Program-made: the position numbers and the translations under genes
Source of the DNA: Octopus sinensis
Taxonomy: Eukaryota
Direction: 5' to 3'
Length of the DNA: 64,000 nucleotides
Assembly (NCBI RefSeq): GCF_006345805.1
Contig: NC_043010.1
Coordinates: forward strand, 21,266,001 to 21,330,000
Shown: one piece after another, positions 51,831-64,000 of the stretch
Position numbering within the stretch: position 1 is the stretch's first letter
Layout: the number at the start of each line of letters is the position of its first letter
The notes under the pieces: model-generated
What the model was told of the DNA's origin: nothing
What the model saw: the letters and a program-made list of their open reading frames with translations, nothing else
The model's database searches: none

Positions 51831-53339
51831 AACACTCATAAATTTAGCCAAAACTATTATTAAATGTATGATTGTTTTATAATGTATATTTTAAATTTCA
51901 TCATGTTATTCCAATTAGTCTCCACCTAATTAATATCAATTCTAGAGTATCCTCGTCTACTTTACTCTAAAATAGTGAGATTTTTAAAGAGGTTTAGCTG
52001 TTATTTTTCATGTGCAAAGAAACTACGTCGGCTCTTTTCAGCTTACTATTATGTCTTTAACTCTCTCATACTATTAAATCTGATCTATTACCATTGCTTA
52101 AAATTTATGTCTGAATCCACTAAGTGGTTCGCAGGGTTGGGGGCATAGTTGTTAGCATTTTTCAGCGTTCAGTAAAACCCTTCTCCATTGTTCTAACCTC
52201 TTTTGATCTCATGGTAAAACTCGCTTTTGTTCGACATGTGAACATACGATTCCGTTTGAATTGTACCCTACGTTAAAAATCTGATTATACTTTTTTTTAG
52301 CGAGGACATTAGTCTCAATAGTATGGTTCCTCTAATAATATGAAGAATCTTTTGTTTTTCACTCTACATTGTTTTCCACAGATCAAACATTTTGATGTAT
52401 TTTTCAATTCCCTATTATTTTTTGTTCCCAACCCATTAACGCGCCAATGCAATTTTTGATATTGTATTAGATTTCTTTTGTCTTCCTTTAACATGATTCC
52501 AGTATTAGTTAATTATTCTATTTCAATTCCTAATTATTCTGCCTTACCAATTCTAACAGTATTTAGCAGATTATTCAACCATTAAAGCATTACTTCTAAA
52601 ACAATTTTTAGCCCTGCTTACATGTAGTTTTCTCTGCACTTCTTTGTGGGTGATTTTATCAATCTCTATTTCGATTATTTTCTACCAAGAACTTTTGTAG
52701 TTCTTGTTACTATTGTAAATTCCTGAACGATCAATTCCTATTATTTATTGCTTCCTTTTAAGGGTTACACAAGTTTCGACTACATCTTTTTTCTAACGTG
52801 CTGCAACTCGATCGACCATTCGTTGATCAAAACGTTAACATCTCGAGTCAAAATCTTGAAATGGTCGCTCGGAAAGCTAGAAATAATAGCTAGATCTTTC
52901 TAAAATTACAACCTGTTGGGTTAAATAATTTAAGGACATATTATATAAATGACATTGGTATGTGAATTACGTAATTTGAATTATAAAACAGAGGGGATTC
53001 TACACAGTTTCTGTTTACCCAAATTAACCCACAAGGCTTGAGTGGTCACGAGGCCAAGATAAAAAGCGTTACTGAAAGGGCTACGAATTGGGATCAAACC
53101 CATGATTGCATTGTTGCGAAGCTCTTAATCACTTGATTAATCCATGCGTTTCATATTGTGATTTAATGTATGATAAAATTACTTTCTATAAAAAATGTCT
53201 TTGTTTTAAGATTGTGGAGGAAGGTTTTAAATGTAATTTTCTTGTCTCCTACACCTTTGCTACGTTGAAAAATATTCGTTCTTTAGTTAATACACCGAAA
53301 CATCAACTAATTAATAAAACAATAATAAAAAATAATAAA

Positions 53340-53550
53340 TGCGCCCTTTTAAAGCCTAGCCAGGCACATGGACCCGTTTCCATGCCGTATGTGTTCCCCA
53401 GCTGGACTCATTTTTGCCAGCTGAGTGGACTGGAGCAACGTGAAATGAAGTGTTTTGCTCAAGAACACAACGTGCCACCCGGTCCAGGAATCGAAACCAC
53501 AATCTTACGGTCATGATGCTGACACCCTAACCACTAAGCCACGCGCCTCC
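53340..53550 (-). mobile_element. tRNA-derived SINE family C
   Basis: Minus strand GGAGGCGCGTGGCTTAGTGGTTAGG..GGTTTCGATTCC..GTTCTTGAGCAAAACACTTCATTTCACGTTGCTCCAGTCCACTCAGC. Confidence 0.78.
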
Positions 53551-53845
53551 TCTAATAAAGTAATACCTGTAATATACTGCGGATTTTAATTCAAATATAT
53601 ATCTTCTGAAAAGAATTGCTGCCTTATACTAACAGCGATGGTAATAGCAGTTGACAAATGTAATGGTAGTAGAATTATTACTACAACTCCTTTTCTGTGT
53701 TTTGTAGTGCGCCAATTAAATACTTTACCGACACAGTGGAAAATTGGTGCTGGAGAATGGAAGGAGAGAGAGAAAGAGAAAGCCTGCTTCATATCGCTAG
53801 CATCAATGTAGTGCTAAACAGAAACATCAATGTAGAATGAGTTAC

Positions 53846-53888
53846 CTGTCTTCGAAATGACGGACAAGACAGGTGAGCGACAACACAT
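53846..53888 (-). CDS. Possible first coding exon of the minus-strand gene (option 1)
   Basis: Donor CAG|GTAACT; ATG-initiated MCCRSPVLSVISKT exits in phase 1, compatible with the 50205 acceptor. Confidence 0.25.
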
Positions 53889-54233
53889 CCAAGTAGAAAA
53901 TCAATATCGGGCATGGTGCCATCGTAATATTCTACCGTTAGAATTCTGTGAGTCTATTAAAAACCAAATTTGACGACGATAAGGAATTAAACTGTGTTCA
54001 ATGTAGCTGTATGCACTGACAAATTATATAATTGTAAAAGGAAGTGACGGATGTTATGTGTGGTGTATTCGGTGCAGTTATAAACAAGTAACACAATTTG
54101 GGGAAGGCAAAACCGAAACGCATACAACTATTAGAAAATTACTCTTGCCGAACACACACACACACACACACGCACACAAAAACAAGCATACACACACACA
54201 CACACATATATATATATATGTGTGTGTGTAAGC

Positions 54234-54234
<1 letters not shown>

Positions 54235-54305
<71 letters not shown>

Positions 54306-54306
54306 G

Positions 54307-54381
<75 letters not shown>

Positions 54382-54385
54382 GTCT
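54235..54385. repeat. (TATC)n microsatellite with no adjacent Tx1 copy
   Basis: Direct reading. Confidence 0.95.
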
Positions 54386-54911
54386 ATCTATCTATATGTC
54401 TGTCTGTCTCCCTCTCTCTTTCTCTCTCTCTCTCTATATATATATATATAGATATAGATATATATTTATGTACATATGTATATGTGTGTAATTATATATG
54501 TATATGTATATATATACATGGTTGTATATGTATATGTAGAAATGTTTATATGTATCTATGTACTCATTTATATACACATATCTTTACTATTTGTACATAC
54601 GCATATGTGTTCGTGTGTGTTGATGCCGTGATATCATGAATTACTCTTGTACTGTATATTGGCAAAGCGTATGTCTTACTGTCCCACTCAATGTGAGCAT
54701 ACACACCAGGCATCATGCTAGGAAATATGAAACATTTACATGTTTTCAGAATCTGGGAAACATTTGTAATTCAATACACATCTTACCACATACGTTTCTC
54801 ATGTGTGTGTGTATTGTACATTTATGTTTACATACATGTACCTATACATAAAGATATGTGTTTGTATATATTATGTATAAATATATGCACACACACACCT
54901 GTACATACATG

Positions 54912-54945
<34 letters not shown>

Positions 54946-55034
54946 CCGTAAATGTATATTACTCTATAAACACATGCATATGTATGTGTACATATATACA
55001 TATAGTCACATATTCATACAGACACACACACACT

Positions 55035-55078
<44 letters not shown>

Positions 55079-56605
55079 CGTATATGTATATTACTCTATA
55101 AACACATGCATATGTATGTATATGTACATTTATACATATAGTCACATATTCATACAGACACACATACACACACACGCATGCACACACACACACATGCTAG
55201 CAGAAAGACCGCCCTCCGAGTGGTTTTCTGCTAGTCCCTAGATAATATTTTCACATTTGGTTCCCATTTCTAATAATTTTTATATTTTACGTCTAATTAT
55301 TTTTGTATAATAGGACTCACTTGCTTAGTAAATATTGCTTTCATTATTTATCACAGTCATAATCACTCTTTTTTAAACAAACATTACGGTAGTCCAACAA
55401 CAGAGGGAGAAGCAGTTTGTCAAGTTTTACCTTCCCCTCAATGCAACATAGAGATTACTGTTCAGTAGCGCATCTGTAAGCTTTGCAGTGTGCGTGCGCG
55501 CGTGAGAGAGAGAGAGAAAGAGAGCGAGAAAAAGAAAGAGCATTCCAAACAATGAATGAAATAAACATGAAATGAAAACATCGTATAAATAAAAGTGCAT
55601 TACTACAGATTCATACGCCCCCGACTTTGTTGCCTCATAACATCTAGAAAATTAGATACATTTTAACAAAACTTTCTACAAATACCGCTTACATGTTGTG
55701 GGTTCAGAATATATAGGGATTTATGGGAAATAATTTTTGCGAGGGGGTGGGGAGAGGCGTTTCAGAGAATTCACACGAACTGACTTTTTTCCCTTATAAT
55801 TTAAAAAATACCCAGGAAGATGGGTATCTTTTAATGAAAATTTATACAAATCCCTTTGAAACAATTATAAAGAAATTTGTGGGAAAAACTATTTTCGAGG
55901 ATTTTCCCCATTTTTTTAAACCTCACCTTTGAAATGATGGGGTTGGATGGAGCGTCAGTGTATAAAAAAAGTTTTTCAAACGCTTGTTTTCCACCCGTCC
56001 TTCATCATCAAATTCCGGACCAATTTGGGCCAATTTTTTTGCACTTGAAATCCACGGGAAGAGCATTTTCTGTAAAATTTATTTTAAATTGTCAATAATT
56101 TTCGAGGAAAAAGTGATTTAAGGGTGATTTGGCTGTTGTTTCTAAACATCTCCAAAGACAACCCACCTCGTTTCTTTATCACTCTGACATGTATTGATGT
56201 TTTCAATATTTCCCCCACAAATACATTTATATCCTATAAAAAAGAAAATTTGAGAAATTATGAATTTAGAAATTAAAATATTGGAGAGCCTGGGAAGGTC
56301 ATTGCTGACATTTATCTACAGTGATTTAAAAAAATTACAGAGATGTACTTGCATAGCAAGTGACTTGATCTGAAATCGTGTGCTGAAAGAAAAACTATTG
56401 CAGCGTGGAAGATGTTTTGTAAACCATTAAAGAACACATATACACCGTTATTTTCACCTCAACATTGAAACTTTGTGTGAACATATTTTCGTCGCTTTGA
56501 AACCACGATCTGTTCACTGAGAAAACTTCACTAAAGTGATGCAGCACGAAGATTTGTTAGGGAACAGCACACACAAACACACACAAACACACACACACAC
56601 ACACG

Positions 56606-56642
<37 letters not shown>

Positions 56643-57566
56643 CACACATACACATGCACGCACGCACGTACGCGCGCACACATATATTTATTGCCTTTCA
56701 TTTGTGAGTGCGCATATCTATGTGTGTGCGCAAGAGTGTATTGGTGTGTGTGTGTGTGTGTCACTGTTGAAGTTGTGTTTCGAAACTGTGACTACGGTGC
56801 AATTTTCGAGCACTTGCCGGTAGATTTTTTTTCCTCCTAGTCTTGTAATCGTAATTACCCAACTTTCTACGCTCTTCTCACAGCTATCCAGCGTTAAATA
56901 ATTATACGGGTATTTAATATTTTTTTCATTCAATAATGTTTTCACATTACATATACATTAATAGCGAATTAAAACTTAAAAGAGAAAGTGGGAGACTTCG
57001 CAAATGAAAATGGAATACTCTGCAGTGGATGCAATGAATATTTAAATTTGTGATGAATTGGACGCAGCGAATATTTAAATTTGCGAGAAATTGGAATTAA
57101 AAAATCGAAATTATAGAAAGAAATTTTTATATGAATAAATAAAACTCTTTCCAGACGGTCAACCCTTTAATGATTGCTTTCTTTTAGTACTTTTAGTAAT
57201 TAATACCTAATTAATAAGCAGCTTTCTCCAATATAATGTATATATATATATATATATATATATCTATATATATTATATATATATACATATACATACATAG
57301 GTAAATAGATAGATAAACGTACACACATCATACACAAGTGGCATACAACTGTCACAGAACTTCACAACTTCCGTAGCCAGTGTAAACAAAAGGAAGTTTT
57401 CTCTGTCTCTTTCTTGTATGAACCGACAAGTCTTCTCATGTATGCATTTGCAAAAAGCCCCAACGCCTACCATATTGCCGGTGTATATCTTTCTAAACCG
57501 TTATTTTATTAAACTAAAGTTGTCTTGCAAACAAAGTTGTAAGAAATCCTTTATTATAGGGCTTAC

Positions 57567-57616
57567 AGAAAAACGTCTTTATTGTAACATCCTCGCAACA
57601 TGCTTTGATATTCAAA
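57567..57616 (-). CDS. Possible upstream exon of the minus-strand gene (option 2), phase 2-1
   Basis: Strong acceptor TTTTTCTTTTTCTTTTCTTTAG| and donor |GTAAGC; LNIKACCEDVTIKTFF; in frame with a further candidate at 58533-58586 (VLLATGTQTTLVPKKLI, donor AAG|GTATGG). Confidence 0.3.
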
Positions 57617-59442
57617 CTAAAGAAAAGAAAAAGAAAAACGAAACACGACCAAAAGACACTTGACTTCCTCATTATGCTATTTGTATCCGGAATTTGACGG
57701 ATTGTGCCATTAATTATTATCTTTGTGGTTCTTTGTGCTCTTCATCCGTATGAGTAGCATTACATTGCATTACAGACTTTGCAATTTTAAATAAAAGTGT
57801 TTTAAATGTGAATTCTCGTAAACTCTTGCGTCGATATTTATTTAGGTATTTTCCAAACACCAACGCGATACGGAGTAACTGTTTTTCCATCTAATTTTTT
57901 TCCATGCCTTTGACTTTTGACTGCGTAATTAAATTTCATGGTCATTCCCGTAATGATGTTAATTATCCACCAAAAAATAAAATTGATCTTTCTTTGCTTT
58001 TGCAATATGTTCAAGTATAGGAGTGGCTGGGCAAAAGGTTAAATGAACTGCAGTCTTTTAAGTTCAAATATTAACGCCGTTAGAATATTTATAAATCTAT
58101 AACTCCTGTCTCAATGAAATGAAGACCATTGAAATATGGCATTCAATTCCATTACTTTTATGTATTCTATAGGAAACTCAAACTTATTGGATCGTAACTG
58201 TATCTTACAATACCCATGAATCAGATGAGTTCACTTCAAAATCTTCAACTTCATTTGAGCACACGCCCACACACAAAATAAACAACAACTCAAATCTCTC
58301 ACCCCCGAATAATATGCTTAATATTTATTTTCTGAAATAGAATTTGCTTTTCTCTCCCCCACATCCCGAGGAACGATATTTGGTATCATGAACTGAGAAA
58401 TTCCTGGGAGGCGTATAACAGAATCGTCATCGTTACATGAATGATTTTAGTAAAAGAATGAAAAAGTGTCATCCATTTTGTTGTAAACAGCATGAACACA
58501 GCAACATATTGCTAATTATTCGCTGGCCATACCTTATTAATTTCTTTGGTACTAATGTCGTCTGTGTTCCTGTGGCAAGCAATACACTAAAACCACATTC
58601 TTCATATTTTCACCATGAGGGTAGGAAATAAGTTGTAATTTCGGTTTGAAACGCTACGGAACTATAATATAATTTTTCCTATTCCGAATAAATGTCTTCA
58701 TTGATTTTATAGCGAGCATGCCAAACAGTGCAACCGGAAATGAAGGAAACAGCAACAAACTAAATAAAATATAGTGAGACGCAATTGTATAATTTACTGG
58801 AATGATAAATGAAGTTAGAAATAATTTTGCTTATATCAAGAAACAGGAACGTATAATTTTGGCTTCTAGTCTTTGAGAGGTTTCAGTGAAAAGTGACATA
58901 TATTTAAAGGAACTGTTAGTGTTATGATGCATTGCTGTTTTAATGTAATATGCCGCAATATTTGTTTTCAATATGTTGTATCAAGTTTTCATTTCAAATG
59001 GGACGTGTGATTAATCTTTCATGTAGAGAAAGAAATATTTCTTTAAGTTAAACAGCAGGCATTCTGTTTTATCGGAGAAACATGAATTATTTAATGTTTA
59101 TGTCCACACAACACATTTTTCTTTTCAAAATGCACATTGCTTGAGTAAAGAGAATTGCGATTCCCAAATATAACAAATAAACTATGATGCTATATATCGT
59201 TTTTCTTTTGTTTGTGTGTTTGTTTGTTGATAGTGTGCTTGGCAAAGAATTTTATTGATGCTATTTATACCTGGGCTTTATTCATAGCTTGCTTGCATTC
59301 TACACTTGGAAGACAAAATGTTAATTTTGCTTTTATCAGCGATGGCATTGGAGGAAGTATTAACGACAATAGTTACATTCTGAAAACTCTTTTTTTTTAT
59401 TCTATTAACAAACAATACATTGGAATTAGATATCTCTATAAT

Positions 59443-59815
59443 TGGGCACAAGCGCGGCTATGTGGTAAGAAGTTTGCTTCTCAGCCACATGGTTCCGAGT
59501 TCAGTCCTACTGCATGGCAACTTGGGCAAATGTTTTTCTACTGTAACTTTGGAAACTGAAAGAATCCCGTCGTGTATATATCTATGAATGTATACATGTA
59601 TATATATATATGTGTGTTTGTTCCCCCACTGCTTGAAAACCAGTGATGGTGCATTTACGTCCCCGTAACTTAGCAGTTCAGCAAAAGAGATTGATAGAAT
59701 GAGCACCAGTCTTGAAAAAATAGTATTGAGATCGATTCATTTGATGAAAGATTCTTGACTGTAGTGCTCCAGTATGGTCGCAGTCTAATGACTGAAACAA
59801 GCAAAAGATAAAAAT
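59443..59815 (+). mobile_element. Decayed SINE family A
   Basis: Head, centre and tail motifs all recognisable. Confidence 0.78.
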
Positions 59816-60144
59816 ATAAATTAAAATATCACTACAGATAGATTTATCCTCACGTGGAAACCTTTGTAAACGAGTCTAAGGTAACATAGAACATACGATT
59901 CCGTGTTTCGCTTGACCGTTTTACTGTTAAAAGTGCACTTGGAAATATCTGCTGTTATAGACAAATGCTTTAAGTATAGCACTATGCTCAAACGTCGTTT
60001 GCTTCATAAAACAGACCTGAAATTCATCATTGCTGTTCATAACTAGAGTAATCCACTGGGATTCAAGACTAGTTGAGTAAGAGTAAAGCATCCTTCTCGA
60101 GCACTTTGGACTCGTAAGGACCGGTTTCCTTGATTTCTCTAGCG

Positions 60145-60175
<31 letters not shown>

Positions 60176-60184
60176 ACAAAGTAT

Positions 60185-60216
<32 letters not shown>

Positions 60217-60319
60217 ATATATTATATTATATATATATATATATATTATATATATATATATAATTATATATATAACACAAGTAAAGTTGTAAGGTACCGC
60301 ACGAGTGAAAATATACGAA

Positions 60320-60476
60320 AGAAGGTTTGAAAATGCAATGGACTTTAAGATATATTTATTGACTTGACCGGTTTCACTTTTTTAGAAACAGATTGTCAAA
60401 AGTAAAATGTAAAGAGACGTGCACATACACACACGCACACACACGCACTAGCACACACACACACACACACACACAC

Positions 60477-60516
<40 letters not shown>

Positions 60517-61046
60517 TCAGACCATTATGACCTCTAAGACCAGTCCCCCAAACCATTGAACCATGACAGAATAACCCAGAAACAAAAAAAATTCCTTTTG
60601 ATTCCACATTGCTCTTCCTCCGCACCCCCCCAAACCTTCCAAATTATCCCCTAAAATAGCAAACATTCCTAAGCAACACACAAAATAGAAAGTTTCAGAC
60701 AGACAGGTCAGTTATTCCTCTCGAATTTTTTGTAAATTCTTAAATACATCTCCTTTGCGTATTTATACTACCAACCAAACATGATTTTTATTGAACTCAA
60801 AATACTTTTCGGAGTCCCGTTCTCGAATACTTTCTTGAATACTTTCTTGTAAACTGTTTTTAACATTTTCTTATCATTATCAAAGAATGTATAACTGTAT
60901 TTTGATACCTTTCTGATAACCAGTACTTACCACAACAAAGCTTATACAAAGGTTTACATCTTACTTTTGACAATCTTATACTTAAATGAAACCGGTCAAG
61001 TCAATAAACATCTCAAAATGTCCTTTGCAGTTTCAAACCTTCTTTC
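60320..61046. repeat. Imperfect inverted repeat (~95-bp arms at 60320-60412 and 60952-61046) with GAAACCGGTC motifs; probable Penelope-like remnant
   Basis: Arms share ACTTTTGACAATCT..GAAACCGGTCAAGTCAATAAA..TTTCAAACCTTCTT. Confidence 0.65.
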
Positions 61047-61083
61047 ATATATATATATATATATATATATATGGGTGGTGTGT

Positions 61084-61137
<54 letters not shown>

Positions 61138-61183
61138 TGCGTGTGTGTGTGTGTGTGTTTGTGTGTGTGCGTGTGCGAATGCG

Positions 61184-61508
61184 AAGGCGCATGGCTCAGT
61201 GGTTAGATCGTCGAGCTTATGATCGCGAGGTTGTGAGTTTGAATCCGGGATCGGGCTGCGTGTTGAGTTCTAGAGCAAGACACTTTCTTTCACGTTGCTG
61301 CTGTTCACTCAGCTGTAGAAATGAGTTGCAGGTACTAAGCTGTATCGGCCCCTTTGCCTTTCCCTCAGATAACATTGGTGGAATGAAGAGGGGAGACCGG
61401 TATGCATGGGCGACTGTTGGTCTTCCATAAACAACCTCACCCGGACTTATATCTGGGGGTAACTCCCTAGGTGCAATCCTATGGTCAGTCATGACCGAAG
61501 AGAGTCTC
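61184..61508 (+). mobile_element. tRNA-derived SINE (family D, related to C)
   Basis: A-box TGGCTCAGTGG, B-box GAGTTTGAATCC, central GAGCAAGACACTTTCTTTCACGTTGCT. Confidence 0.75.
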
Positions 61509-61807
61509 GGCAATATATATATATATATAGTAACTTTACTTTATATTCGGTATGGTATATAATACCACTTGCTATAATCAGAACCAATGATCCCAAAACG
61601 ACCATAAACTCACGATAAAGATACACACGAGCAATGCAATGAACATATGAGAAATAGGCTTACCTTTGCGTTGAATACATCAGTAAGTAATGTATGATTC
61701 AATATCAATTGATTTCACTGTTTGTATGACAAACATACTCTGTGATCTTCAGTTGAAAATGACATTTAAACATCTATGTATAAAATAATATCTTGTTCAT
61801 AACTCTA

Positions 61808-61841
<34 letters not shown>

Positions 61842-61859
61842 ATATATATATATATATAT

Positions 61860-62269
61860 TCTTTTCTTTTATTCTGCTATTTGTTTCAGTCATTTGACTG
61901 CGGCCTGAAAGGCAAACTTCCTTGGGGGTCGAAGAAATCGTCCCCAGAATTCAATATTTGTAAGCCTAGTACTTCTGCTGTCGCTTTCTATGCTGAACAG
62001 CTAAGTTACGAGGGCACAAACAGACCAACATCGGTTGTCAAGCGATGATAGGGGGACAAACGTAGACAAAATGATACATGGGCGCATGCACACACACATA
62101 TACACACATACATACGAAGGGCTTCCTTTAGTTTCCGTCTACGAGATTCACTCACAAGGCTTTGGTCAGCTCGAGGAATAATAGAAGTTGCCCAAAGTGC
62201 CACGCAGCAGGACTGAACCCAGAACCATTTGGTTGAGAAGTAAGCTTCTTACCACACAACCACGCCATA

Positions 62270-62270
<1 letters not shown>
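61860..62270 (-). mobile_element. Decayed SINE family A
   Basis: Reverse-complement match to family A. Confidence 0.75.
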
Positions 62271-62354
<84 letters not shown>

Positions 62355-62357
62355 GAC

Positions 62358-62587
62358 TAGAAAATGGAGAAAACCAAGTTTTTCGCTCTGATGAACATCC
62401 GTTGCCTTAATTCGAATGCCCTATAAAGACGAAGAATCTTATTCTCACATTTATGTATAGACTGCATTTTGGCAATCTGATCAGTAATGGCCGTAAGATA
62501 TGTTACGTCATGTTTTGTATTGAAATATAAGCTATAAATGTGGTGCAACCGATGTATTGGTTAATGTGTGATTTTCTCCATTTTCTA
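62358..62587. mobile_element. Possible 230-bp MITE with 16-bp TIRs
   Basis: TAGAAAATGGAGAAAA ... TTTTCTCCATTTTCTA; single copy in the window. Confidence 0.4.
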
Positions 62588-62657
62588 ATAATTTGCATTA
62601 GTTCTTAATAACAGCAACAACGATAACAACAATTATTATTATTAATAATAATATTAA

Positions 62658-63380
62658 TTTCATTTATTGGCCACCAAGGCCGACATATAGGGAACAATAC
62701 AGTAAATGGGGACAGTGGGGATTTTATACAAAACAACGAGTAAACAATTAGGAAAATAATAACAATAAACAATAAACAAGAAAATTATAGCAAAGAAATA
62801 ACCGCCAATAACCACCCAGGGTTGGCTCAGGTACCCCACCAGTTCTTGAACCACCTGACGCTTCGAGGCTAACCGGTAATGGTATCCCTCTCCTTCTCAA
62901 ATTCATCAACATACAGGTACATTATTAGATTCACTCATACCGGTCATTTTCGCTACATTCCTCCACCTTTCAGCAAATGCCCTAGGCATCACTTCTCGCT
63001 GCCTCCTCATTTTCCTTTTCAAATGAAATTAGAAAAAGATGAGGGATTCGCCGACGAAAAAAGTGTCTGTATTCAGTCATGGTCTACCGTACAACCTCTT
63101 TCACTACTGCCATCAAATCAGTAGTGCACGGACATTAGACGGGTGCTTGCAGAACGGTGTCGACACTCTGTGTGCATCTCGGGTAGGTCAGTTGACAGCA
63201 CTTTAATGACTTTAGAGTTTTTTCTCGAACCGACAGTCTTCCCCGGTGGCACTGCTACGCGACGGATTTCTGGAAGTTATCCATCGGTGCCGGCTCGAAA
63301 GTCCTCAGGAACAAACTGGTCAGTTCGACTTCGCCGTCGCCCAGATCCTCTCCGAGTGCGTTAAATCACTTCCCTACCAC
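62658..63380 (-). mobile_element. 3' fragment of a second, decayed Tx1/L1-clade family
   Basis: Minus translation LFLRTFEPAPMDNFQKSVA*QCHRGRLSVREKL..FHLKRKMRRQREV..ERWRNVAKM parallels the C-terminus at 39660-40220; ends GGCCAATAAATGAAA followed by AAT/GTT repeats. Confidence 0.8.
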
Positions 63381-63398
63381 TAGCATAATAGTAATAAT

Positions 63399-64000
63399 GA
63401 TGGAATTATAAAAGGGCAAAAGAGAGAAGTGATAAGAATGGATACAAAGACAAGAAAAATGCTGACAGTACACGGAGACTTCCACCCTAACAGTGACACC
63501 GATAGGTTGTACCTGTTCAGAAGAAAGGGTGGTTGGGGTTTGGTCAGTTGCCAGGACTGAATCGGAACCGAGGGAGACATCTTAGGGTGGTATATAAAAA
63601 ATGCCGAGGAGCCATTGCTGAAACATGCGAAGAAGACCGGCGTCATAAAAATTGAGAATTGTGTAAGGAAATAAAAATTTAAAGAAAAATGAACACACAA
63701 AAAAAGAGACAGGATGGACTGAGGAAAAATGTCTGGTCAGTTTGCAAGAGATGCGAACGCCAAGACAGATACAGAAGACTGGTGGCTGTGGATGAGGAAG
63801 AGTAACCTGAAGATAGAGACGGAAGCATTAATATGAGCAGCTCAAGAACAAGCGCTGAGGACCAACTATGTGAAGTGCAGAAGAGATAACACTTCTGACA
63901 GCGACAAATACACAATGTATGGAGTGAGATGTGAAACGATATGGCACATCGTTAGCGAATGTCCGGAATTGGTACAACGAGAATACAAAAGACGCCATGA
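63399..64000 (+). mobile_element. Decayed R4/Dong-type LINE fragment running off the window end
   Basis: MDTKTRKMLTVHGDFHPNSDTDRLYLFRRKGGWGL..KIETEALI*AAQEQALRTNYVK..ETIWHIVSECPELVQREYKRRH (post-RT region and CCHC). Confidence 0.85.

Noticed and set aside
52330-52740. Possible very old R4-like fragment on the minus strand
   Set aside because: Only scattered residue similarity with many stops; too weak to call.
54950-55190. ~130-bp local direct duplication
   Set aside because: Low-complexity TA/CA context; ordinary slippage duplication.

Overview
AT-rich eukaryotic nuclear DNA dense in microsatellites and retroposons, with one 100-N scaffold gap at 11705-11804. The SINE families and the (TA)n/(CA)n/(TATC)n/(AAT)n load resemble an octopod cephalopod (Octopus-like) genome; this is an inference, not a database result. 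Almost all ORFs in the track are translated microsatellites. Genuine coding signal comes from non-LTR retrotransposons: R4/Dong-type RLE LINEs stacked in (AAT)n tracts, a nearly intact Tx1/L1-type ORF2 plus two truncated copies each bounded by (TATC)n, a second Tx1 family, and a Penelope GIY-YIG fragment. There is also a candidate minus-strand host gene made of small, phase-compatible exons (90, 16, 29, 39 and 107 nt) with no recognisable homology. The most notable non-coding signal is a set of type I hammerhead ribozyme (HHR) motifs read directly from the sequence: a (TA)n-flanked tandem element with HHRs 352 nt apart (retrozyme-like), a 332-bp inverted repeat with a canonical HHR in each arm, a zero-spacer 166-bp palindrome with an HHR in each arm, and several degenerate relatives. 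Different retroelement classes appear to occupy different microsatellite types.
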